64,000 bases of DNA. Origin: Acidobacteriota bacterium (GTDB lineage: Bacteria; Acidobacteriota; Terriglobia; Bryobacterales; UBA6623). The stretch is taken from NCBI GenBank assembly GCA_027592785.1, contig JAQCLD010000002.1, positions 45,000-108,999 on the forward strand. The letters are read 5' to 3'. The notes beneath the pieces were generated by a model. It did no database searches. It saw nothing but the letters and a program-made list of their open reading frames with translations, and was not told the DNA's origin. The position numbers and the translations under genes are program-made. Positions 41,555-50,306 of the stretch are shown piece by piece. Position 1 is the first letter of the stretch; each line of letters begins with the position of its first letter.

Positions 41555-42388
41555 TTACTTGTTCCGCGAAAACGGATCGTACCGAGGTTTGCTGAGAAGC
41601 TCCGCCGCGGAGTCATAGACGGCCACTAGGCAAAAGGCGCAGATTGCCAGAACCGCGGGGAGGAGGATAGGCGAGTAAGAGTAACTCACGAAGAGCCGTT
41701 CCGCCGGCCCAATCTGGCTCCACAGGGTGTCGAACGCCGCCCACGTCGCCGCCCCTGCCGCGAGTGAAAGCAAACGGACGGTTCCTTGAGTAAAGAAGCC
41801 AGGCGACGACACCGCAGATATGGCGACAACGACAGAATGTAAGCCCATGGTTCCCCCCGTCACCTGCGACACGAACCAGCCGACGGCAATGATGAGCGCC
41901 CCGCTGATCCTCCAAGCACCGCGTGCTTCGCGCGGGGCCGGGCCAGTCAAGTCAGGGGAAAGCAGTGAAGCTACGGCCAAGACCGTGGGGACGACCGCCG
42001 CTCCAAGCAGCCCGACGGCAACCTCCCGTGCGAGCGGGTTAAAGGAGAATCCCAACAGCGTCCAAACCGGAAAGTACGAATTGAGGTAATCGATGCCGGT
42101 CCATCCGAAAGTGGAGATGACCAGCGCCCACACAGCGCGGTCTGAGCGTTCCCCTAGCAGCGCCGGCCGGCCGCAACTCGCCGCCAAGCCGTCTAGGGCC
42201 AACCACAGTCCCCAGGACGCCAGTGCCCAAGACTCCGCGAACGCGTAGTTCGTCCCAGCCCAAATCGGCGCCTGCAGCGTTACGCCGAGCCAAAAGCGCA
42301 TCGGCAAGCGCTGTCCGCCAAGCGATCTCCACCGCCACAGCAAGACCGCGCAGATGAGGCCGCAGGCGACGGAAGGCAGCCAGTCCAC
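41555..42388 (-). CDS. polytopic integral membrane protein, unknown family
   Basis: It has about 7-8 hydrophobic helices and ends 43 nt upstream of the synthase ATG. The start is uncertain (GTG 42388 or ATG 42301). No motif recognised. Confidence 0.6.
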   Translation of the reverse strand: MDWLPSVACGLICAVLLWRWRSLGGQRLPMRFWLGVTLQAPIWAGTNYAFAESWALASWGLWLALDGLAASCGRPALLGERSDRAVWALVISTFGWTGIDYLNSYFPVWTLLGFSFNPLAREVAVGLLGAAVVPTVLAVASLLSPDLTGPAPREARGAWRISGALIIAVGWFVSQVTGGTMGLHSVVVAISAVSSPGFFTQGTVRLLSLAAGAATWAAFDTLWSQIGPAERLFVSYSYSPILLPAVLAICAFCLVAVYDSAAELLSKPRYDPFSRNK

Positions 42389-42434
42389 TTCGTGCTACCT
42401 TACTCGAAACGCCGTCCCGGCGCGCGCATTCCGC

Positions 42435-43508
42435 ATGCAGCTGGCGTTCTCTTATCCGCTCGACCTGCCCGCTGACGAGGCGGCCCACGCCACTCCCGAT
42501 GGCCTCGGAGTCATTCGCATTGACCTGGACGGGAGTCAGCCCTACGTGGGTCAGGCCCGCAATTTACGGCGGCGTATTGCTCGTCTGCAGGGCCTGTTCG
42601 GAGATCGCGTTGCGCGCATTGCCTTTCAGCCGGCGGGTTCTTCCTTCGAGGCGAGGGTCGTTTTGTGGCGCACCGCGCGGGAGGCCTGGCCTCAGGACTA
42701 CCGCGAGAAGTTGCGGCTGCGCTGTCCAGCGCTGGTCAAGACGCTTCAGAACAACCGGTTCCCGCGCCTTGCCGTCACGTCGAGGATTCGCGGGGCCGCC
42801 CTGTACTACGGACCGTTTCGAAGCCGCGTGTTCGCCGAGCACTTCCAGGAAGGTCTGCTTGATTTCTTCCAGATTCGTCGTTGCTCGGAAAATTTGGAAC
42901 CGTCACCCGAACATCCGGGCTGCGTTTTCGGCGAAATCGGCAAATGCATGCGGCCCTGTCAGCAAGCTGTCGGCGATGCCGAGTACAGATCAGAATTTGG
43001 ACGACTCCTGGCGGCCATCGAGTCGGGAGGAGAATCGCTCGCCAGCGCCCTTGAGCAGCAGAGAAACGCCGCCAGCGAACAGCTCAACTTTGAACTGGCC
43101 AAGAGCCTGCACGAAAAGGCCCTCGCCGCTCGCAAACTATTCCTTGCCGCGCCAGAGGCCGCGGATCTAGACCATTGGCATGGCCTGGTGGTGCAAAAGG
43201 GCGCCGAGCGGAGCTCAATCGCGCTGCTTCCGGTTTATGGCGGTTATCTGCAGCCAAAGATCGAGCTCCAACTGCAGCTCGCCGAGGCGGGCTCTCTTGA
43301 CCAAAGGCTGCGCGAAGCCCTACAGAATGCGGTCTTTCAGCGGGGCGCCATGACTGCGCAGGAAGAATCCATGGCGATTGTCTCCCGCTGGCTGTTTAGC
43401 TCCTGGAAAGACGGCGAGTTCTTGAGAATCGAGAGTTTCGAGAGAATTCCCTACCGGAAGCTGGTCAACGCCGTATCTCGCGTTTCCCAAGGCCGCCGCC
43501 GCGCCTAA
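42435..43508 (+). CDS. UvrC N-terminal-half homolog (GIY-YIG-like domain, Cys-rich region, UVR motif; lacks the C-terminal endonuclease and HhH)
   Basis: The start is placed at ATG 42435. GVIRIDLDGSQPYVGQARNLRRRI matches the GIY-YIG core. YYGPFRSRVFAEHFQEGLLDFFQIRRCS, C....C..C and a UVR-like LNFELAKSLHEK also match. The length is 357 aa, against roughly 600 aa for UvrC. Confidence 0.65.
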   Translation: MQLAFSYPLDLPADEAAHATPDGLGVIRIDLDGSQPYVGQARNLRRRIARLQGLFGDRVARIAFQPAGSSFEARVVLWRTAREAWPQDYREKLRLRCPALVKTLQNNRFPRLAVTSRIRGAALYYGPFRSRVFAEHFQEGLLDFFQIRRCSENLEPSPEHPGCVFGEIGKCMRPCQQAVGDAEYRSEFGRLLAAIESGGESLASALEQQRNAASEQLNFELAKSLHEKALAARKLFLAAPEAADLDHWHGLVVQKGAERSSIALLPVYGGYLQPKIELQLQLAEAGSLDQRLREALQNAVFQRGAMTAQEESMAIVSRWLFSSWKDGEFLRIESFERIPYRKLVNAVSRVSQGRRRA

Positions 43509-43575
43509 GCTTCGCACTGCTCCACCTGCCTCATGATTTGACTCAGTTGGCCGATATTACTTGCGGAGGCCGTCT

Positions 43576-43932
43576 ATGTCTGAATCGGTTAATGTAGCGC
43601 GACTACGCGAGGCCACCCTCGACGACGCCGAGTTCATGGGCGAACTGGTTGAGATGTTCTTGACGGACGTCGCAGATCAGCTGGTCTCTTTAGAACGAGC
43701 CATTGCGTCGGCGGACTGGCCGTCCACAAGCAGGACCGCCCATCGCCTGCGGGGCGCTAGCAGCAATGTAGGAGCAGAGGAGCTAGCTCGACTTTGCTCC
43801 GACCTAGAGCATCGCAGCGCCGAGGCAGGGGCTGTTGAGATTTCCGCTGGAGCCGGCATTCGCGAAGAGTTTGAGCGTGTCACGTCGGCGCTGCAGGATT
43901 GCGTCTTGCAGGCGAAAAGCGAGGGGCGATAA
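43576..43932 (+). CDS. Hpt (histidine phosphotransfer) domain protein
   Basis: GGAGG lies 5 nt before ATG 43576. Phosphorylatable His context: TAHRLRGASSNVGAEEL. Confidence 0.8.
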   Translation: MSESVNVARLREATLDDAEFMGELVEMFLTDVADQLVSLERAIASADWPSTSRTAHRLRGASSNVGAEELARLCSDLEHRSAEAGAVEISAGAGIREEFERVTSALQDCVLQAKSEGR

Positions 43933-43936
43933 GACC

Positions 43937-44950
43937 GTGAGAGTCCTCGTCGCGGACGATGATCCGACGACCTTGTTCTTGGTGCGCGATACCCTTAGAC
44001 GTTTCGGCTACGAGGTTGAAACGGCCTCCGACGGGCTAGCGGCATGGAACAAACTGAAAGACGCCGAGATCCCGATTGTCGTCACCGACCTAGACATGCC
44101 CGTGGAGGATGGTCTAACACTCTGCAGGCGCATTCGAGCTGCGGCGTTTAGCCACTACACCTATGTGGTCCTGCTCACTCAGCACTCGGCACGGAAGAAC
44201 TTGCTGGAAGGTATGTCCGCTGGCGCAGACGATTTCGTAAGCAAACCTCTCGATCCTGAACAACTGCGCGTCCGCCTGATCGTCGCCCAACGCATCGTGA
44301 CCTTGGAGCGGGAGTTGAGGGAACTCAACAAGAAACTCACCACTCTTAACCAAGGATTGGAGGTGCTAAGTCGCGTGGATCCGCTGACGGGGGCGGGGAA
44401 CAGGAACGCATTCCAGGAGCAGATAGAGCTTACACATGCCAACGCGTTGAGAACCGGGCACTCCTATGGCGTAGTCGTATGCGATCTGGATAGATTCAAG
44501 CAGGTGAACGACCGTTTTGGTCATCAGCGCGGCGATCAGGTCCTAGCGGAAGCAGTCGCGGAGATAAGGTCAATCGTCCGTACTGGCGACTCGCTATTCC
44601 GCTACGGTGGCGACGAGGTGGTCCTGATCATTCCAAACGCAGGACTGGAAAACGTCGCACGAGTCGCGGAACGCATCTGTGACGGCATTCGCGCGGCTGC
44701 CTTCAACGCCGAGTTGGAGCCGTCTCTCCAAATCACAGCCAGCTTCGGTGTGGCCGCTTATCCCGAGTCGTGCGGCGAGGGGTCCCACTGGGCCGAGCTT
44801 TTTGGTCTTGCCGATGAAGCGATGTATGTGGCCAAGCGCAGAGGCGGAGACGGCCTGGAACGAGCACCGTATCAGGGTGAAGGGACAGACCAAGAACAGG
44901 GCCGATTGGCGTTTGCAGAGGGTAGCCCTCCAAAGTTGACCGCGGCCTAG
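43937..44950 (+). CDS. response regulator receiver fused to GGDEF diguanylate cyclase (PleD/WspR-like)
   Basis: GTG 43937 lies 4 nt after the Hpt stop. The receiver has VLVADDD, VVTDLDMP and SKPL. The GGDEF domain has DPLTGAGNRNAF, I-site RTGD, and active site GGDEV (44606-44620). Confidence 0.88.
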   Translation: MRVLVADDDPTTLFLVRDTLRRFGYEVETASDGLAAWNKLKDAEIPIVVTDLDMPVEDGLTLCRRIRAAAFSHYTYVVLLTQHSARKNLLEGMSAGADDFVSKPLDPEQLRVRLIVAQRIVTLERELRELNKKLTTLNQGLEVLSRVDPLTGAGNRNAFQEQIELTHANALRTGHSYGVVVCDLDRFKQVNDRFGHQRGDQVLAEAVAEIRSIVRTGDSLFRYGGDEVVLIIPNAGLENVARVAERICDGIRAAAFNAELEPSLQITASFGVAAYPESCGEGSHWAELFGLADEAMYVAKRRGGDGLERAPYQGEGTDQEQGRLAFAEGSPPKLTAA

Positions 44951-44971
44951 CAACGCGCAAACGCCGCTACA

Positions 44972-45844
44972 ATGGGGAGTTCCATGCTGAAACTCCGCGG
45001 CGTTCTTTGCCCGATTGCGACACCCTTTAACCATCGGGGCGAGCTTTACGTAACGAAGATCCGACACAATCTGGGCCGCTTGGGGCTGACCAAGGTCAGC
45101 GGCATCATTGTCGGCTCGACGTGGGGCGAAGGCCCGCTGCTTGGGGAAGCGGACCTATTCAAGCTGTGGAGTGAAGCGAAGGCCGGGGCCGTCGGCGATG
45201 TACAGCTGATAGCCAGTGCAGGAGCCGAAAGCGTTTCAGAAACCTTGGGCCGTTGCCGATTAGCCCAGGAAGCGGGTTTCTCAGCCGTCTGGGTCGCGCC
45301 TCATCGGACATTTGGACCCGATCCAGGACTGCAGTTGCTCTACTTTCGGTCGATTGCCGATCGCTCGCCGTTACCGGTGATCGTCGGGGAAGTCGACAAG
45401 ACCGTGCTTCCTACTAGCGAAATTGAAAAGCTGGCGGCGCACCCGAACATAGCCGCGATCTGCTCGCGAGACGAGCCGCTGACTCATCTCAAGGCGTTGA
45501 TCGGGACGGATGGCTGTGGGGCCCTATCGTCACAGTTGGCGGGCATCTCCGCAGCGCTAGCCGGCGGCATCAAGGCGGCTGTGCTGCCGTTGGCCAACGT
45601 GCTGCCGTTCCACTTGATCTCGATTGAAGAAGCCATCCGTACTCGTGAGAACGAGGCGGCCGCTGATTTAGAAAGCCGATTAGGCGCGATCGACGCGCTG
45701 TTGCTTCGCCATGGCGTCGCCGGACTCAAACATGCCATGGACCTACGGGGCTATTTCGGCGGCGATCCTCGTTTGCCTCTCAAACGCGTTAATCCCAGTG
45801 TGCAGGCCGCGATCGAAGAGGCTCTCGAGGGATTGTCGAGCTAG
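44972..45844 (+). CDS. DapA/N-acetylneuraminate-lyase-fold protein lacking the canonical catalytic residues
   Basis: The whole length aligns by eye to DHDPS-family TIM barrels. However, GTTGE becomes GSTWGE, PYY becomes PHR, YNVP becomes GEVD, and the Schiff-base Lys (IGIKEA) becomes Cys (AAICSR, codon 45461-45463). Confidence 0.65.
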   Translation: MGSSMLKLRGVLCPIATPFNHRGELYVTKIRHNLGRLGLTKVSGIIVGSTWGEGPLLGEADLFKLWSEAKAGAVGDVQLIASAGAESVSETLGRCRLAQEAGFSAVWVAPHRTFGPDPGLQLLYFRSIADRSPLPVIVGEVDKTVLPTSEIEKLAAHPNIAAICSRDEPLTHLKALIGTDGCGALSSQLAGISAALAGGIKAAVLPLANVLPFHLISIEEAIRTRENEAAADLESRLGAIDALLLRHGVAGLKHAMDLRGYFGGDPRLPLKRVNPSVQAAIEEALEGLSS

Positions 45845-45848
45845 CGGC

Positions 45849-46295
45849 TTAGAGCGATCTTTCCGCGAGTTCGCCCACCAAGGGGAGTGAGTAGCGCTCA
45901 CCGGAACTGGTCTTCACTAGCATGAAGATCCACACAATCAGCAAGACGCCTTCGATCAGGCTGCCGATCGGAAATCCGTCGCCGCCGAAAATCAGCCGAA
46001 CCCAGATGGCTGCCACCCAATGGGAGAGCATCCAGACCACAAACAAATAAAGGCCCTGGTAGGCGTGGAAGCGAACCGTCCGCTCGGACTTGAATCGGGC
46101 GGTTACCAGTAAATAAGCCGCGACGACCCAGCCGAGCCACGGCACGTAGCAGAGGATGGACGCTCCCCGCGGACTGAGGCCGTCTCCCACTCCGCCAGCA
46201 GCAGGCTGATGCGCAACCGGCTGAGCGGCGCCGCATGATCGGCAGAACCGCTGACCGTCCCCGACTTGTTGTCCACAGCTAGTGCAGTAGAGCAA
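45849..46295 (-). CDS. zinc-ribbon membrane protein
   Basis: MLYCTSCGQQVGDGQRFCRSCGA (CxxC...CxxC) is followed by three predicted TM helices. Confidence 0.65.
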   Translation of the reverse strand: MLYCTSCGQQVGDGQRFCRSCGAAQPVAHQPAAGGVGDGLSPRGASILCYVPWLGWVVAAYLLVTARFKSERTVRFHAYQGLYLFVVWMLSHWVAAIWVRLIFGGDGFPIGSLIEGVLLIVWIFMLVKTSSGERYSLPLVGELAERSL

Positions 46296-46382
46296 TCTTC
46301 CGTCCTCACTTAATCAACTGTTACGCAATCGGCACGACACGTGTTCCGTGTCTGGCGGGCTCAATTGTACGAGATGGATCGC

Positions 46383-47984
46383 CTAGATGGTGATGACTTG
46401 GTGATCGAGGCAACCAGAATCAATTGCTTCGTACACTCTGTCCAGTAGCTCGTCCCCGTATTGAGCCAGGAACGGCAACGTGCAGTAGAGTCTTTCCTGC
46501 AGAGTCTTCTGCGGATAGATCAGGTTGGCTAAGCGATTGGCATCTCCACGGCTGCGTTCGTTGCGCAATAAGCTTTCCCGGGCGGCCTTAGTCTGTATTT
46601 TCGCCAACTGGTAGTTGATCTTGCTGCTCGATCTTTGGAACGCTTCGCCCAGCGTGGGGTCGAAAGACGTCAGCGTCTCGTTAATTCGGTCCAGCGCTGC
46701 TCCGATGACCGCGCCTTCGCTGTCGAAGCGCTGCTGCAGTTCCGCAGGAGTCGCCCGGCGAGCGATGTGGTCTTGAAGTTCGTTGAGCGGGATAAAACAG
46801 CCCGGAACGTCTAGCTGATAGCGCTCCATGAGCTTTGCGGCGCGGCCATTCAATAGGGTGAATCCCGCACGCGGCATGACGACCGGCATGCGCCCGAGCA
46901 GCAAGTCATAGAGCACGGCGGACTGCGCCAAGTAGGCCAGTTCGGCCGCCCCCCCAACGAATACTGCTGTCGGCAGTAGATAATCTTGGACCACCGGACG
47001 AAGCAGAGCGTTGGGCGAGAATCCTTCGGGGTCCCGTTCGATCATGGCGCCCAGTTCAGTCGCGCTCTTGGCTCCGTCCTCCGTCAAATATCGGTCGCCA
47101 GAACGGCGGATAACCGATCGCCGGCCATCACTGACCCGAAACAGAAGACTCGAACCTGAACCGACCGCTACCTGCCGGTGATAGCCCGCGTCATCCAACT
47201 GTTTGCCCCGTGTGGTTAATAAGTCGACAGCCTGATCGCCCCTGTCGATCAGCTTGCGGATAAGCTCCGCCGCGATCGGACGCAGAGCGGAGTCCATCGG
47301 GTCTAAGAAGATCAGTCCGTGCGGCTTGAGTAAGTCCTCAAGAAGGCCACGGAATGCCTGACCTAAAGTGCGGCCTTCCTTGTAATGTTCGGACTCATTG
47401 CGGAGCACGGCTTCTCCATTAGGCATTCCGGCGACCGCTTTGCGGAGGGCGTCGGTCACGCCGGAAGGAAGCTTCGCCGCGCCGACTGGGGCGCTCTCGG
47501 CCAACTGAGCCTTGCCTTCGGCTAGACGCGGTTCGCCGTCGGCGTCGAAGAGCCAAGCGTGATCCACCTCGGCAAGGTCGTGATCCTCGGTTGCCAACCA
47601 AAACACGGCGACAGCGGAAATACCTCGCTGTCGCAGGTCGGCGGCGTGTTTGGCTGCCGTGAGCGCTTTGAAAACGGAAAAGATGGGCCCGCCGAACAGT
47701 CCTACTTGCTGGCCGGTAGCTACGACGACAGTTTCCGGTCGGGCCAGCCGATTGAGATTCTCCTGAGTTGCATCGCCCGCGGACCGATTCTGTTCCCGGA
47801 GCGCGGCGACGACTCGCGACCGACGCTCGTCGGGGTAAGCGATCCCAGCGACCGCCGCTGCCACGGAATCCAGGCTTGGCTGGTGCGGATAGAACTTCGC
47901 CACTCGCTCAAAGTTATAGAGGAGGTCAGCGAAGAGTGGCGTAGTCCCAGGCAGGGAGGTATAGGGGATGCGGGCGACTTTCAT
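46383..47984 (-). CDS. bshC: bacillithiol biosynthesis cysteine-adding enzyme BshC
   Basis: The start is placed at ATG 47984. VVVATGQQVGLFGGPIFSVFKALTA......L...G...V.VFWLATEDHDLAEV matches the BshC core (GGQQ.GL..GP, WVAGEDHD). Confidence 0.85.
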   Translation of the reverse strand: MKVARIPYTSLPGTTPLFADLLYNFERVAKFYPHQPSLDSVAAAVAGIAYPDERRSRVVAALREQNRSAGDATQENLNRLARPETVVVATGQQVGLFGGPIFSVFKALTAAKHAADLRQRGISAVAVFWLATEDHDLAEVDHAWLFDADGEPRLAEGKAQLAESAPVGAAKLPSGVTDALRKAVAGMPNGEAVLRNESEHYKEGRTLGQAFRGLLEDLLKPHGLIFLDPMDSALRPIAAELIRKLIDRGDQAVDLLTTRGKQLDDAGYHRQVAVGSGSSLLFRVSDGRRSVIRRSGDRYLTEDGAKSATELGAMIERDPEGFSPNALLRPVVQDYLLPTAVFVGGAAELAYLAQSAVLYDLLLGRMPVVMPRAGFTLLNGRAAKLMERYQLDVPGCFIPLNELQDHIARRATPAELQQRFDSEGAVIGAALDRINETLTSFDPTLGEAFQRSSSKINYQLAKIQTKAARESLLRNERSRGDANRLANLIYPQKTLQERLYCTLPFLAQYGDELLDRVYEAIDSGCLDHQVITI

Positions 47985-48161
47985 TGCGCGCGGAACCGTT
48001 GAATCGAGTCCGAAGGCGCCCACGCGCAATAAGCGCCAAGCGGAGACAGCGATGCGGCGGATTCACCCTTCGATGAACCTCGCATCAGGATATCAGATGA
48101 CTCGCGCCGATTCGGTTCTCACCTTCCGCTGATATCCTTTGGTTGGATACCCGGTTCAAAA

Positions 48162-49265
48162 GTGTACGGAGTTTACATCTCCTTTCCGTTTTGCCGCCAG
48201 AAGTGCACCTACTGCAACTTCGCCTCCGGCGTGTTTACGGCGGAATTGCAGTCGGCCTACTTGCTGGCCTTGCACGAGGAGATCCTCGTCAGCGAAAAAC
48301 CGACGTTTGACACGCTCTATCTCGGAGGGGGCACTCCGAGTTTGCTGTCAGCATCCGAATTAGCCGCTCTCGTCGTGGCTCTCGAAAACCAGTCCATTCG
48401 AGAGTTCACCGTGGAGGCCGCGCCCGGCGATCTGACCCGCGAGAAAGCTGAAGCCTGGGCTAAGATCGGCGTGAACAGAGTCAGCTTCGGCGTCCAAAGC
48501 TTTAACCAGAAAGTTGCCGGCAGCTCCGGCCGAAAACACACTGCCGCGACCGTTGTCGAGGAGGTCACCCTGTTGAGATCGGCTGGAATCGACCGAATCA
48601 ACGTTGACCTGATCGCTGGACTTGCCTGGCAAACTCCCGAGACTTGGGCGGCGGAGTTCGAGTGGATCGAACGCCTGGCGCTGCGCCACGTTTCCGTCTA
48701 CATGCTGGAGTCCGACGACGATAGCCGCCTGGGAGCTGAATTGAGGAAGGGCGGTTCGAGGTATGGAGCGAGCGCTGTTCCCGCGGAAGAACAGATCGCC
48801 GATTCCTATCTCTACGCCGTTGAACGATTGCGGGGCCTAGGAATCCATCGTTACGAGATCTCCAACTTCGCATCCCTCGGCCACGAGTCTGTCCACAACC
48901 GAAAGTATTGGACTCTGCAGCCTTACGTCGGTTTCGGTGCTGACGCCCACTCGTTTGACGGCGCGCGCCGCTGGTCGAACTTTGCAGAACCGGCTGAGTA
49001 CGTTGGCCGCATGAAGGCGGGCCAGACTACGCGTGCTACGGACGAAGTCATCGACGACGGCCGGCGCACCGAGGACCTGCTGATGACCGGTCTGCGAACC
49101 AGAGAAGGCGTGACTCTGCCGATCGCTTCGTTATCTAAATTCGAAAACCGAATCGCCACGCTGAAAGGCCTTGGCTGGCTAGAGCAACCAGCGCCCGATC
49201 GCCTGCGGTTGACGGACACAGGCGTCATGTACTCGAATGAAGCGCTTGAGCAACTGATCTTCTGA
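48162..49265 (+). CDS. hemW: radical SAM family haem chaperone HemW (HemN-like, oxygen-independent coproporphyrinogen oxidase family)
   Basis: YISFPFCRQKCTYCNF (CxxxCxxC), LYLGGGTPS and a HemN_C tail. Confidence 0.88.
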   Translation: MYGVYISFPFCRQKCTYCNFASGVFTAELQSAYLLALHEEILVSEKPTFDTLYLGGGTPSLLSASELAALVVALENQSIREFTVEAAPGDLTREKAEAWAKIGVNRVSFGVQSFNQKVAGSSGRKHTAATVVEEVTLLRSAGIDRINVDLIAGLAWQTPETWAAEFEWIERLALRHVSVYMLESDDDSRLGAELRKGGSRYGASAVPAEEQIADSYLYAVERLRGLGIHRYEISNFASLGHESVHNRKYWTLQPYVGFGADAHSFDGARRWSNFAEPAEYVGRMKAGQTTRATDEVIDDGRRTEDLLMTGLRTREGVTLPIASLSKFENRIATLKGLGWLEQPAPDRLRLTDTGVMYSNEALEQLIF

Positions 49266-49274
49266 ACCACCTAT

Positions 49275-50306
49275 ATGCCCGCTACAGCCGATTTTCGCAG
49301 TGATACCGTAACCCGTCCCACGCCCGAAATGCGGCGCGCGATGGCCGAGGCCGAAGTCGGCGACGACGTCTTCGGAGAAGACCCGACAGTCAATCAACTC
49401 GAAGCTCGCGCCGCGGAGATCCTCGGCAAAGAGGCGGCTCTGTTTGTCCCTTCCGGCACGATGGGCAACCAGACGGCGATCAAGGCGCACACGCAACCGG
49501 GTCAGGAGATCATCTGTGACGACCGTTCGCACGTGATTCTGTACGAGATGGGTATGCCCGCACTGTTTTCGGGATGCCTCATTCGCGGCGTGCCCACGAC
49601 CGATGGAATCCTTTCTTGGCCCGATGTGGCCGCGCGCTTGCGCCACGCTACTGATCACTTCCAGGGATCTGGCCTGGTCGTATTGGAGAATACCCACAAT
49701 ATGGCTGGGGGGACGGCCTATCCGCTTTCATCAATTGAGGAAATAGCGGAGAAGTCGCACGCAGCCGGGATCAAGGTCCACATGGATGGGGCCCGCCTGT
49801 TCAACGCCGCGGAGGCGATGGGCTACAGCGTCAGTGATGCCGTCGCGCCTGTAGATTCTGTGTGTGTGTGTCTTTCCAAAGGACTCGGAGCGCCAGTCGG
49901 CTCGGTGCTAGCCGGTACGGCAGAGTTCATTGCCGGCAGCCGCCGAATTCGCAAGGCTCTTGGCGGAGGTATGCGGCAGGCGGGCGTTATAGCGGCAGCG
50001 GCACGAATAGCCCTCGAAGACGGCCCGGGTCAGCTGTCTAAGTCTCATGCCGATGCGCAGTATCTCGCCGCCGCAATTCGCGAGGCGGACGGTGTGGAGC
50101 TGGTCTCCGACGTACAGACCAACATTCTCTTCTTTCGCGTCTCCGCCGCCGGCGTTTCAGCGGCATCCGTCGCTGAAGGGCTGAAGCAACGAGGGGTACT
50201 GGTCATCGCCATGGGAGATCGCATCCGGGTTCTGACCCATCGCGACGTGGACCGCGCCGATTGCGAACGAGCCGTCGCCGCCCTGCGAGAATGCCTCAAG
50301 GCCTAA
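49275..50306 (+). CDS. ltaE: low-specificity L-threonine aldolase (PLP-dependent)
   Basis: [32 protein letters not shown], and the PLP lysine context [12 protein letters not shown]. Confidence 0.88.
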   Translation: MPATADFRSDTVTRPTPEMRRAMAEAEVGDDVFGEDPTVNQLEARAAEILGKEAALFVPSGTMGNQTAIKAHTQPGQEIICDDRSHVILYEMGMPALFSGCLIRGVPTTDGILSWPDVAARLRHATDHFQGSGLVVLENTHNMAGGTAYPLSSIEEIAEKSHAAGIKVHMDGARLFNAAEAMGYSVSDAVAPVDSVCVCLSKGLGAPVGSVLAGTAEFIAGSRRIRKALGGGMRQAGVIAAAARIALEDGPGQLSKSHADAQYLAAAIREADGVELVSDVQTNILFFRVSAAGVSAASVAEGLKQRGVLVIAMGDRIRVLTHRDVDRADCERAVAALRECLKA

